A stretch of DNA of 63,634 bases, filler included, from Octopus bimaculoides (taxonomy: Eukaryota), in the NCBI RefSeq assembly GCF_001194135.2. It is 4 parts of 4 records of this genome, joined end to end, with 100 filler letters (N's around TTAATTAATTAA, not from the genome) between each part and the next. Parts side by side here need not be neighbours in the genome. Positions count along the whole stretch, not along the records: positions 17,734 to 45,004 come from NC_068993.1; positions 45,105 to 61,268 come from NC_068981.1; 2 more parts are not named here. One strand, written 5' to 3'. The translations under genes were made by a program, and so were the position numbers. Below, piece after piece: positions 39,751 through 54,754 of this stretch. The notes beneath the pieces were generated by a model. The model had not been told where the DNA came from, searched no databases, and worked only from the letters and a program-made list of their open reading frames with translations. The stretch's first letter is position 1. Each line of letters opens with the position of its first letter.

Positions 39751-40942
39751 ATATCTATTTATCAGTCTATCTATCTATTTACCTATCTATCTATATACCG
39801 TGTAAGATGTTACATGTATTTAATATATATATATATTTATGAGTAGAATATGTGCATTTTATATGAATATATTTATATACTTATATGATCATATAAATAT
39901 GTATATACATATATATATGTGCATATAATAATAACAATAATATATATATATATATATATANNNNNNNNNNNNNNNNNNNNNNNNNNNNNNNNNNNNNNNN
40001 NNNNNNNNNNNNNNNNNNNNNNNNNNNNNNNNNNNNNNNNNNNNNNNNNNNNNNNNNNNNNNNNNNNNNNNNNNNNNNNNNNNNNNNNNNNNNNNNNNNN
40101 NNNNNNNNNNNNNNNNNNNNNNNNNNNNNNNNNNNNNNNNNNNNNNNNNNNNNNNNNNNNNNNNNNNNNNNNNNNNNNNNNNNNNNNNNNNNNNNNNNNN
40201 NNNNNNNNNNNNNNNNNNNNNNNNNNNNNNNNNNNNNNNNNNNNNNNNNNNNNNNNNNNNNNNNNNNNNNNNNNNNNNNNNNNNNNNNNNNNNNNNNNNN
40301 NNNNNNNNNNNNNNNNNNNNNNNNNNNNNNNNNNNNNNNNNNNNNNNNNNNNNNNNNNNNNNNNNNNNNNNNNNNNNNNNNNNNNNNNNNNNNNNNNNNN
40401 NNNNNNNNNNNNNNNNNNNNNNNNNNNNNNNNNNNNNNNNNNNNNNNNNNNNNNNNNNNNNNNNNNNNNNNNNNNNNNNNNNNNNNNNNNNNNNNNNNNN
40501 NNNNNNNNNNNNNNNNNNNNNNNNNNNNNNNNNNNNNNNNNNNNNNNNNNNNNNNNNNNNNNNNNNNNNNNNNNNNNNNNNNNNNNNNNNNNNNNNNNNN
40601 NNNNNNNNNNNNNNNNNNNNNNNNNNNNNNNNNNNNNNNNNNNNNNNNNNNNNNNNNNNNNNNNNNNNNNNNNNNNNNNNNNNNNNNNNNNNNNNNNNNN
40701 NNNNNNNNNNNNNNNNNNNNNNNNNNNNNNNNNNNNNNNNNNNNNNNNNNNNNNNNNNNNNNNNNNNNNNNNNNNNNNNNNNNNNNNNNNNNNNNNNNNN
40801 NNNNNNNNNNNNNNNNNNNNNNNNNNNNNNNNNNNNNNNNNNNNNNNNNNNNNNNNNNNNNNNNNNNNNNNNNNNNNNNNNNNNNNNNNNNNNNNNNNNN
40901 NNNNNNNNNNNNNNNNNNNNNNNNNNNNNNNNNNNNNNNNNN

Positions 40943-40981
<39 letters not shown>

Positions 40982-41149
40982 ATATACACACACACATATA
41001 TGTACATGCGCCCACACACATACATACGCTGTGAGCGGGAACACACACAAACACATACACACACGCACACACATATATCAGTGAAAACGTATGTGTAACA
41101 AAATCACGATTTAGTTTGCGGCTCTTAAAATTCAACACGTGAGAAGGCG

Positions 41150-41365
41150 ACGTGATGGAAGACTCGTTTACCACGTCGAAGAAAATGCTTAGTGGCATTC
41201 CATCCGTCTTCAAGTTCTGAGTTTAAATTCTGCCGAGCTTGACTTTGTCTTTCATCCTTTCGCAGTCGATGAAATAAGTACCAGTTGTGCACTGGAGTCG
41301 ATGCAATCGGCTTACCACCTCTCCCGGGGTTGCTGGCCTAGTGCCAAAACTTCAAATCAATATTT
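41150..41365 (+). mobile_element. (ATT)n-tailed SINE copy
   Basis: aaaatgcttagtggcatt...ttctgagtttaaattctgccgag...tcatcctttcgcagtcgatgaaataagtacc. Confidence 0.75.
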
Positions 41366-41924
41366 AACATGAGAAGATTAGGAAATTCTTGATTAACGTT
41401 TTTCTCTTAATATATATATGTATATTGAGGATAAGATCGATATTTAAATACCGATTTTATCAGGTGGCCAGCATGGGAATAAAAACCATCAAAGGTAATA
41501 ACTATTTAAAATTATTTAAAATTATAATTTAGGGTATCTAAGAGATATCGCCACGCTGGAAATAGCAGTCAAAACTTGACTCNNNNNNNNNNTATATATA
41601 CATGTGTGTGAGTGTGATTTTGTGTGTGTGTGTGTAAATATAAATATATAAACATGTGTGTACGTATATATGGGAGGGAGAGAAAGAGATAGAGTGAGAT
41701 AGAGAGAGAATGAGAACCACATATTGTTGCAAACATTAGGTAATAATATTGTGACCGCACAGTGTCAAAATCCTAAATATTGTTAATAAATATGTATTTT
41801 TTATTATTATTATTATTTATAATCCAACATTGCTGAGTACATAATACAATATAATTGGTTTCTGACATAAATAATAAACGACAACAGAACCAATAACAAG
41901 AACAATATTAATAATATTTCATTC

Positions 41925-42770
<846 letters not shown>

Positions 42771-43250
42771 ACGTTTTTCTTTCAACTAAAGTTTGCAAGA
42801 TAAAATCGATTTGGACTCGATTTGAACTCTGAGCACTGATATATAAGATTGCGTTAAGAAAATGCACTAAAATAATTCAATTACCATTGTTTGATAGAAA
42901 TCAAAGTTAAAGATAATTCATAAACGTTATTTAATGAATATGTAGTCAGTTTAACTTTTCTTTTCGAAAAATTTCGAAATTCTAATTAAAATGAGAATTA
43001 ATTTCTGATTTATAAAGAATTACAATATCATATTTTCCTCGAATATAGGAAACAAGAGCAGGTGAACCAAACTTGTGGAAGATTTTATCATTTCCTGTGT
43101 CTCACAGTTTCACTTCGCTTATGTCACTGGTGTTGTTTAGGCATTGATTAATCTTGATTAAGCAAATCTCTGAGAAAAAGGTGTTCTGTGGGTTTGTATA
43201 TTTCGTATATTTAAGATCACATTGTTTGTTGCATGTGTTCGTATTTATGT

Positions 43251-43287
<37 letters not shown>

Positions 43288-43435
43288 CGAGACAGTATGA
43301 TTTGAAGACGTTTATGTGCTATTTCTAGCAGATACAGTCGCTAAGAGGGTCCTTTATTGGCACATCTGAACCAACTCATATTTTATACGTCCAAACTAAA
43401 CTTTTCTTCATTTCATTACACACACACACATATAT

Positions 43436-43475
<40 letters not shown>

Positions 43476-44240
43476 TCATGTCTGTATGTGTGTGAAATTT
43501 AGAAACACATACATATGGCCAACCAAATGTGCTGGCTTCTAGCAAGCAGCATGTTCTGCTAGAAACAGCATCTAAATCTTTCTCCAAACATGCCCTACCC
43601 TAGGGCAACAAAAGTTAAAACAAAGAATGCAATGGGTAATGAAGCTCTAGATAACATCTTAAGTGAATAAAAAAAGCAGTGATGGCCACAGGTGAAACGT
43701 CTTTGATCAGAAGTCTCATTGGCTCAGGGTTGAACTGGAGTTAAACCACAACATGTAATATACAGACGTGATTCTCAAACGGCGAAGCACAATGATTATC
43801 AAGGTGCGGCGTCGCAGATTTCAAAAGATATATTCTAAAGATTTAGAAAACCCATACTAATTCATGAGCATCTTGACATGGATGGTATTCATAATTTTAT
43901 CCTAACAAACAATAAATCATTTTAACGGTAGAGCTCCAAATGCATAACGCTATAGATAATAACATGTACAACATTGGGTTTTTAAAATCCTTTCGAGAGA
44001 AAAGAGTCGAAAAAATATCGAAGGCTTTAACTTTTTTCTACTAAAGGCGTTTTTTAAACCCAAACTTCTTCTTGCTATCATTTATAGCTTTATCGTCGAG
44101 TTTCACCGTTATTTCATATTTCAGAAAGCTTTTAAATAATATTAAAATTCTTATAGTGTAAACAAAGTAATGTTTTCTTATATATTTCCTTCAAAATTTC
44201 TAAGTGAGCTTATATATATCTGTGTCTGTATCTATCTATC

Positions 44241-44317
<77 letters not shown>

Positions 44318-44435
44318 NNNNNNNNNNNNNNNNNNNNNNNNNNNNNNNNNNNNNNNNNNNNNNNNNNNNNNNNNNNNNNNNNNNNNNNNNNNNNNNNNNN
44401 NNNNNNNNNNNNNNNNNNNNNNNNNNNNNNNNNNN

Positions 44436-44483
<48 letters not shown>

Positions 44484-45161
44484 TGCATGTTCCATCTTCG
44501 CTTCAGCGTTCCCGTACTTTGTTCAACTATATCTGAAATGCACTGCGAAGTCAAAAGCACTAGTATGAATACTTATTGAAGTAAATGCGTCTCTACTGCT
44601 AAAATCAAATATTCCATCAACTGTAACTTCTGCTCATTGATTCAACATGTAATTCGCTGAGTATTCCGCAAAATCATTTTACCTCCAACGTAATTCTTAG
44701 TCGGCATCAACGCGACACATTATGAAACAGTGTGCGATCAGATTAAACTCTTTTACTTGTTTCAGTCATTTGACTGCGGCCATGCTGCAGCACCGCCTTT
44801 AGTCGAACAAACCGACCCCAGGACTTATTCTTTGTAAGCCTAATACTTATTCTATCGGTCTCTTAGCCCGAACCGTTAAGTTACGGGGACGTAAACACAC
44901 CAACATTGGTTGTTAAGCGATAGTGGAGACACCAACACAGACACAAATACATATATACATACATATATATATGTGTGTGTGTCTGTGTGTGTGTGTATAT
45001 ATATNNNNNNNNNNNNNNNNNNNNNNNNNNNNNNNNNNNNNNNNNNNNTTAATTAATTAANNNNNNNNNNNNNNNNNNNNNNNNNNNNNNNNNNNNNNNN
45101 NNNNATATATATATATATATATATATATATCGCACACATACACACACTCCCAGTCGTTATA

Positions 45162-46119
45162 TACTGAATTTTCTGGCGTGTAAGGTGCACTCCTGCATAA
45201 GATGCACCCCTATTTTACAAATATACCTTTATACTTATAAAAACAAATTTAATATGCTTCAACATACACTTATTAAAACATAAAGTTATTTTATTTCGAA
45301 AAATGTACGATTCCGAGCATGCAAGTACTGTATTCCCACAGTATACTGGAATGTGATGAAGCCCATACGTTTATTGTAAATACAACACGTTATGGGAGTA
45401 CCGAATTTCTACTTTAACTTCCTTAAAAATCAATTGAATCGCAATTTAAATTTTGATTAAAAAAATCGCCATACTAGAAGTAAAATGGTTCCAGGAGTGA
45501 TGGATACCGATATTTCGCCATATTTATAGCTTAGCAACATCATGTGCCTAAATCGAGCCGGGGACGAACTGAATTGCCAGTCTATACAAATAGTGTAAGA
45601 ACCATTTTACGTATTTTGGGTTGTGATGATTTCTGTAACTGCGGTTGGCTAAGAGGGTGGCGTGACATCGCTATGGTTTTGTTGTTGTTATCCACTTGCT
45701 GCAATTAGCTGACCGGCAGATGAGAACTTACCATATCTTTCATATTTCTAGGAGACGTTTTCATTTAGATAATTGAAAACAAATACCTCTTAAAGGTAAA
45801 CATAGACATTAAATAATGTAAAATATATACCAGTCGTGAGTTATGTATAGTGAGGAAGGATAAGATGATGTCACATTCCCACATAACTGCCGACGTAATA
45901 GGCTGTGGAAATTTGGGTTTCTTTGCAATATATACTTCTTTCAATGTGTTATTTAATAACACATATTGTACCAATCGAACTTATACTCATCCGGCTCCTA
46001 AGTTGATGAAGATTGGTCTCTCACCCATCTATAATACGGTTGCATTAGACGCGTAGCAATTTTTGGATACATTTTGAAAGGCAAGTTTGTCTTATGTGAC
46101 TTATACGGCGGTAAATGCG

Positions 46120-46122
<3 letters not shown>
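45162..46122. mobile_element. Non-autonomous pogo/Tigger-like (Tc1/mariner) DNA transposon
   Basis: Left end actgaattttctggcgtgtaag matches the reverse complement of the right end, accgcatttaccgccgtataag, at 16/22. Subterminal TAAG(G/A)TGCAC repeats and TA-rich flanks resemble Tigger-type termini (TACCGTATTT.CCGGCGTATAAGACGCAC). No transposase was recognised. Confidence 0.55.
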
Positions 46123-46210
<88 letters not shown>

Positions 46211-46267
46211 ATGTGAATACATACATATATACATACACACACACACATATTTACATATATAAGTACA

Positions 46268-46295
<28 letters not shown>

Positions 46296-46298
<3 letters not shown>

Positions 46299-46935
46299 CA
46301 CCTACATCATAAGCAGTTGTCTGAAAATGTCATCACAGTACTATCTACCGATGAGACGTGATGTTGCAGCTGGGACACTCTATAATGAAATCCGTCAGAA
46401 GGATAATCCCGACGACAAAGAAATAAGAACCCACAATACAGTAGAAGACACAGCCACTCTTAATAAAAAGGAGTACTGGTGGAATGTCCCAGTGAAGACC
46501 TCAATAAAATGTAAGCACAACAGATCTGATATAACGATTTGGGATAGAGAAGAGAACCAGTGTACAGTTGTGGAAATTAGCTGCCCAGTGGATGTTAACA
46601 TAAAAGCTGAAAATCAGTGAAAAAGAGAATATCTACGCTGATCTATTTAGAAATTTGCAGTTACTCATCCAGATTACAAGTTTAGGTTTATATCTGTAAT
46701 TATTGGGGACTGAGATATGTAACACACTGCCTAAATACCAATATTGAGAAATTAGGCTTCTCAAAACAAGAAAGGAGAAAGCTAATCCGAAGACTACAGA
46801 TCCAATCCATCACTGGAACTGTAAAAATCTGTAAAACTTTCCAGAAGTTTATCATTTAAGTATATATGGGCATGTCTAGATATGCATCTATATGTATGAG
46901 AATACCTACTTAAAACAAAACATATAAATCTGCAT
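46296..46935 (+). pseudogene. 3' end of an R4/Dong-like RLE non-LTR retrotransposon
   Basis: [24 protein letters not shown]...EYWWNVPVKTSIKCKHNRSDITIWDREENQCTVVEISCP, then frameshifted PDYKFRF..VIIG...LQIQSITGTVKICKTFQKF. This covers the CCHC tail and a PD-(D/E)xK restriction-like endonuclease. Confidence 0.85.
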
Positions 46936-46959
46936 ATATACATACATACATACATACAT

Positions 46960-47180
46960 TGGAATTTGTAACACACTGGCTACATATCGATATTGAGAAA
47001 TTAAGCTTCTCAAAACCAGAAAAGAGAAAGCTGATTCAAGGACTACAGGTCCAAGCCATCACCAAACTGTAAAAATCTGTAAAACTTTCCAGAAGTTTAT
47101 CATTTAATTGTATATATGCATGTCTACACATGCAACTATATGCATGGGAATACATACATAACACAAAACATACATATTAA
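46960..47180 (+). pseudogene. Second, shorter tandem 3' end of the same RLE LINE
   Basis: Repeats ~46715-46930 (attgagaaatta.gcttctcaaaac.agaaa.gagaaagct...ctgtaaaaatctgtaaaactttccagaagtttatcatttaa). Confidence 0.85.
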
Positions 47181-47822
47181 TAAATATAGAGAGAGTGAGA
47201 ATGAGACAGGAGGGGAGAGGGAGAGACGGAAAAGGAGATGCATTCACAGGTTGATGGTGAATGGATGAATAGATGGGTATATAGACAGACATACTGACAA
47301 ACAGACGATGAACAACTCGTAAAGTAACGCAAGACAACAACAACAACAACAACAACAGCTTGAAGGAAGAAATTATAAACGTCAGTAAAAATGTTAAACA
47401 ACGTCAAAGAGGCTTTCAGCAGTTCCAATGTAAATTGATTTGTTAATGCCAGCAATTAAGTGTGATAGGTGAACATTCGTAGGTTTGCATCTGGCTGAAA
47501 GAACTACAGATATATGATAGAAAGAGAGAGAAAAACGTAAAGAGAAAGGGAGCACGCGAGAAAGAGAGAAAGAAAGGAAGAAAGGAAGAATGAAAGAAGG
47601 AAAGGAAGAAACAAAGGAAGAAACAAACGATGATAGTGTAAAATGTATTAAAAAATAACATTTAAAGGTTAAAATAAATGTACTAGCTTGAAGTCGGGAG
47701 TATAAAGTAAAGTATATTACATGCCTTAAAGAACATGTAGTGAGCGGGGGCGAGCGTGTATGAATATGTGTCTGTCTGTCTGTCTGTCTGTCTGTCACTT
47801 TCTCTGTCTCTGTTTCTCTCTC

Positions 47823-47904
<82 letters not shown>

Positions 47905-47927
47905 CGAGCCAGAAAGAAATTTCTCAT

Positions 47928-47969
<42 letters not shown>

Positions 47970-48118
47970 TGACCGATAGATAGATAGATAGATACATTTC
48001 TTTTATTAGCCACACAGGGCTCAACAAAGATGGGACGAATACAATGAAGAGCTTTTCTTTTTGGGAGGGGGAAGGGAAAGAAAAAAAATAAATAAATAAA
48101 TAAAAAAGTAGGGGGTGT

Positions 48119-48193
48119 CGATCAAAAGGGATCGTAGGAAGGAAAAAAGGGGGGAGTTCGATCAAAAGGGGTCGAGACAGACAGACAGACAGG

Positions 48194-48237
<44 letters not shown>

Positions 48238-48250
48238 GAGAGAGTAACAT

Positions 48251-48303
<53 letters not shown>

Positions 48304-48695
48304 TAGATAGATAGATAGATAGATAGANNNNNNNNNNNNNNNNNNNNNNNNNNNNNNNNNNNNNNNNNNNNNNNNNNNNNNNNNNNNNNNNNNNNNNNNN
48401 NNNNNNNNNNNNNNNNNNNNNNNNNNNNNNNNNNNNNNNNNNNNNNNNNNNNNNNNNNNNNNNNNNNNNNNNNNNNNNNNNNNNNNNNNNNNNNNNNNNN
48501 NNNNNNNNNNNNNNNNNNNNNNNNNNNNNNNNNNNNNNNNNNNNNNNNNNNNNNNNNNNNNNNNNNNNNNNNNNNNNNNNNNNNNNNNNNAAAAATGGTG
48601 GTGTCGATCAAAAGGGATCGTAGGAAGGGGAAAAGGGGCAGTTCGATCAAAAGGGATCGAAAAAAAGAAAAGGAAAGGCCGATCAATAGGGATCG
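48119..48695 (+). repeat. Five copies of the CGATC-N6-GATCG motif with purine-rich spacers, split by a gap
   Basis: cgatcaaaagggatcg at 48119, 48159 (variant), 48605, 48644 and 48680 (variant); periods 40, 39 and 36. Confidence 0.85.
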
Positions 48696-48723
48696 TGTAT
48701 CACACAGTAATGTTCTCGTGTAA

Positions 48724-48792
<69 letters not shown>

Positions 48793-49069
48793 ATATTCCT
48801 ATAAGAACATGATGTAATTATTACAGCACAATATGATCTATTTACATTCCAAAAAATATGTACCTTGGGGAAGCGTTCGTGTCACATACACGTAATCCCG
48901 ATTTAGATGCAACGGCTGCAATATCCATGCAGTATAAATACAGGTTGTGCAGGAGGTGAACGTATATTTATTCAAAATACAATGCCTCTTCGTCGGGAGA
49001 CAAAAAGAAAATAACAGTCGGAAAATATGTTAGCAAAGATTATTTTTCAACGACGGACTTTCCGTAAGG

Positions 49070-49101
<32 letters not shown>

Positions 49102-49201
49102 TTTTCAGTTTCTGACGAAGCGGCTGAAACAATTATAGAGACATAAAATTTTCAATAAATGTATTTTTTTCCCTCTTACATAATCAGTTGTGGTTGTCAT
49201 C

Positions 49202-49254
<53 letters not shown>

Positions 49255-49299
49255 CATCATTGCCTCGCAAACCTGTTCAGTCGTTTCCAACTGCCTGAC

Positions 49300-50850
<1,551 letters not shown>

Positions 50851-51973
50851 GGGAAGTTAGGTTGGTTACAGTCATCAGACTACGATCATACTGGAGCAAG
50901 GTTTTCAAACGTTTAGTTCGTGGCATAGATCTCAATCTCAGTACTATTTTCAGTCTGGTACTTACCAAATTGTTATCTAATTTTGGAACCATCGTATGTA
51001 CTTGTCGGGGGGGGGGGGTACATACATGTAACTGGCTTCTGTACAGTTTCTCTCAAGAAAACATTTCATTCCCAAGGTGTTAACCCCGAGGCTATATAGT
51101 AAAAGACACCCAATACTGCGCAACGGGATTGAATCTGTAAACAAGTGGGTGCGAAGCGATTTTCGTAACCCACACATCCGTGCTTGCGTCAATATACACG
51201 TGTATGTGCTGTCTGTGCGTGCGTCTGTGTGTGTTCGACTGTGTGTGTGTATGTGTGTGTGCGTGCGTGCGTGTGTGTGTGTGTGTGTGTGTGTGCGTCT
51301 GTGTATGCATGCAGATAAGATTGATAGATAGACAGACAGAGAGAGACAGACAGAGAGAGACAGACAGAGAGAGACAGACAGAGAGNNNNNNNNNNNNNNN
51401 NNNNNNNNNNNNNNNNNNNNNNNNNNNNNNNNNNNNNNNNNNNNNNNNNNNNNNNNNNNNNNNNNNNNNNNNNNNNNNNNNNNNNNNNNNNNNNNNNNNN
51501 NNNNNNNNNNNNNNNNNNNNNNNNNNNNNNNNNNNNNNNNNNNNNNNNNNNNNNNNNNNNNNNNNNNNNNNNNNNNNNNNNNNNNNNNNNNNNNNNNNNN
51601 NNNNNNNNNNNNNNNNNNNNNNNNNNNNNNNNNNNNNNNNNNNNNNNNNNNNNNNNNNNNNNNNNNNNNNNNNNNNNNNNNNNNNNNNNNNNNNNNNNNN
51701 NNNNNNNNNNNNNNNNNNNNNNNNNNNNNNNNNNNNNNNNNNNNNNNNNNNNNNNNNNNNNNNNNNNNNNNNNNNNNNNNNNNNNNNNNNNNNNNNNNNN
51801 NNNNNNNNNNNNNNNNNNNNNNNNNNNNNNNNNNNNNNNNNNNNNNNNNNNNNNNNNNNNNNNNNNNNNNNNNNNNNNNNNNNNNNNNNNNNNNNNNNNN
51901 NNNNNNNNNNNNNNNNNNNNNNNNNNNNNNNNNNNNNNNNNNNNNNNNNNNNNNNNNNNNNNNNNNNNNNNNN

Positions 51974-52016
<43 letters not shown>

Positions 52017-52219
52017 TACATGCATACGCATACATGCGTATGTATATACCTATGCACATACATACACACATACATACTTGCATACATATACATGCGTATG
52101 GGCACGTACATAAGCCCAAACAAGATTCACACATGCAATGACATGTATGCTCACATGCATACGCCGCGAGATTCATACATACATACATACATACATACAT
52201 ACATTCATGCATGCATACA

Positions 52220-52535
52220 TGTTTAGGACAGAGTGGCAAAGATATGTACCATTATAGAGGTTAGTTGCCCTGCAGATATAAATATCTCTTTGAAAATCAA
52301 AGACAAAGAAGATTTCTATGGACAGCTACTTCGAAACCTCCAGCTTCTATATCCGGACTATGAATTCATATTCATACCAATAATAATTGGAACACTAGGT
52401 TTTGTTAGTAAATGCTTACAGGAGAATCTGGATAGACTGGGATTTTCAGAAAGAGAAATCGACCGGATAATTTGTACTTTACAAGTGCAATCTGTGAGTG
52501 GAACAGTAAAAATATGCAAGTTCCAAACGTGAATT
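52220..52535 (+). pseudogene. 3' end of an R4/Dong-like RLE LINE (diverged subfamily)
   Basis: KICTIIEVSCPADINISLKIKDKEDFYGQLLRNLQLLYPDYEFIFIPIIIGTLGFVSKCLQENLDRLGF...LQVQSVSGTVKICK, homologous to 46560-46850. Confidence 0.85.
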
Positions 52536-52566
52536 TATCGGTTAACTACATTCCAAAGATGGTGCC

Positions 52567-52638
52567 TTTGTTGGAAACCGGCTCCCTATCTTTGTTGGAA
52601 ACCGGCTCCCTATCCTTGTTGGAAACCAGCTCCCTACT
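52567..52638 (+). repeat. 24-bp tandem repeat, 3 copies
   Basis: ttgttggaaacc(g/a)gctcccta(t)c repeated three times. Confidence 0.9.
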
Positions 52639-52689
52639 CAGTGGAAGATTTCTAATAATTAAAAAATAGAAGAGATATATATACATGCA

Positions 52690-52719
<30 letters not shown>

Positions 52720-52721
<2 letters not shown>

Positions 52722-53850
52722 GGGATGGAGTTCAGTTAAGATGCATGTTTCTACATTATTGTAATAAGAAGTGAAATTACAAACCAGTGTAGCAGCTTGT
52801 ATATCAGTGGCATCTGATGATGAATGCTGCAGGTACCTAGCAATGGGTGGATATGCATCCGATGACGTGTCTTGTAATAAGGAACGTGTTAACCAAAGAA
52901 TATAGCACCTGGATAAAATAATGTAATTTTCAGAGCTCTTGGCATAAAATAGATCAACCCGTATTGTATCATTCATATCAACTACTGAGATAATTGATTG
53001 GACGTTAGAGAAAATCCAGTCAGTTTTATGTTAAAACTAGAATTTTTTTCATTCCACCACTATATCAACAATGATATTGATTGCTTCTAACTAGAATGAA
53101 AACAAGGAAGCAGAAGCTAACATCGATTTATATCCTTTTGACATCTAATCACCAAACATTTAATTGCATCTATAGATTAACTCTGGATACATGAAGTAGA
53201 TAACATTTTGAGAGTTGAAAAGGAGTTCTTCAGAAAATATACCCCGAGTTATGACTATGGATACACACCTAAGGAATTTACACAGCTTTACCGCAAAAGG
53301 ATAGACCAAAAGCTTTTTTGCTTATCGGTAGAGGGTCATATGTGACTATGTCGATGATAAAAAATTTTCAGAATAATAACACAGATAATCAAAGCAGACT
53401 ATCTTGGGCCGGTAATTTGTATATTAGCCATCACTCCGAAGGGTGTACTTTTGCAATCCAGAAAAAGAAAAAGAAAATACCTGATTTATTAAAGGTATAA
53501 AGATACAGGTTAAAAATTCCTAAGAGTAGCACTGATGCAGACTTTGTGATCCATACTGTAGGCAGCTGTCCGAATAGGTCATCACAATATTATCTAGCCA
53601 TGAGGCATACAAAGCATTTCATAGAACAAATTGTCCAAAATATGAAAATACAAGAAGTTACAGTAACGTGGACGGTACGTTCACTTATTCAAAGAATATT
53701 GGTGCAAATATTTGTAAACAGTCTGTAAAATGTTGGCATAACAGCCCAGATTTAACAATAAAGTGTCCTCTGTAGTTTAAATCAGATGTCCAACAAATGT
53801 TATCAAAATCCTCCACGTGTCCGGCGAGATTATGGATTTGGATTTGTAAA
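52720..53850 (+). pseudogene. Heavily decayed R4/Dong-like LINE (RT thumb to CCHC/RLE)
   Basis: Broken frames include RYLAM...KERV..KEY, IIDWTLE.IQS, and VIHTVGSCPNRSSQYYLAMRH, which is homologous to [17 protein letters not shown] at 46300. Confidence 0.65.
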
Positions 53851-53899
53851 GTCACTCCGCAATGCACAGGCCAGAGTAGGGCTTTATTTATGAAAGAAA

Positions 53900-54585
53900 A
53901 CCCGTTGCCCATGTATGCAAGGTTTCCCTCTCCATGTCATTGATGTTGCCCGAGGGACAGACAAGGCTGATACAGTTTGACATCAGTGTTGTCTCCTTCG
54001 TGCACTTATTTCCATCTTTTATTCAGCTGTCTCAGTTCTTTCCTCAATTCTTCAATCTGGTGCTGCCTCCTACCGGGACCATGATACTTCTTGGTTTTTT
54101 CCTTCCTACATGCCTAAGATATTTTAGCATGCCTGACATACCACTTTCACCATGCCTCTTATCGTCCTAGTAGCATCGCTTTTCAGAATACTGCCTAGGA
54201 TGATGCCTAATTCTTTTCTCCAACTGACCCCGTCTCAGATCTGTCACTGGTGGAAAATTCGGCTGGGATTTCTTTTCGAAGCCTTCTGCGCTTTCAGGTT
54301 CAGCTACTCTTGTGCACTGATCAAGTTGAGCAGAGGAGCCCTATGATTTAACCAGATGGCCCTTGTCCTTCTCCGACTGATAGGCAGTTCCAATACTCCC
54401 AGAACAAGGCACCTGGATTGTACCAAATACTCTGCTTAGCTGTAGCTTTCTTCTGCACTTCGATTTGCCTTGATGAATCTTCAGGCTATGTTCGCTCCGA
54501 AATATTCGACCACAGGCATTGGAACTCCTTTTGGTTTTACTCTCATGCCTTGCTGTGTCGAATCTCGTCATCCAAAAATTGTTGT
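53900..54585 (-). pseudogene. N-terminal fragment of a HERO-like RLE LINE
   Basis: C2H2-like N-terminal finger (NA)CGRIFRSEHSLKIHQGKSKC, followed by broken frames (DATRTIRGMVKVVYQAC) typical of the pre-RT region of HERO-type elements as I recall them. Confidence 0.55.
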
Positions 54586-54690
54586 TCAGGTCTTTAACTT
54601 CTACACATAACGTGTTTATATCTGTCTTTTACTTTCTACTTTTTTCTTCAACTTACCAATGTAATAGCAATACCTTTCTCTTAGCTTTCA

Positions 54691-54754
<64 letters not shown>

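Noticed and set aside
48119-48695. CRISPR-like repeat-spacer appearance
   Set aside because: The repeats are only 16 nt, the spacers are low-complexity and mutually similar, there are no cas genes, and the context is eukaryotic.
50977-50991. Minus-strand WFQN that looks like the missing homeodomain helix 3
   Set aside because: It is followed immediately by a stop, has no KI before or RRMKW after, and lies upstream of the homeobox exon, the wrong side for a downstream exon.
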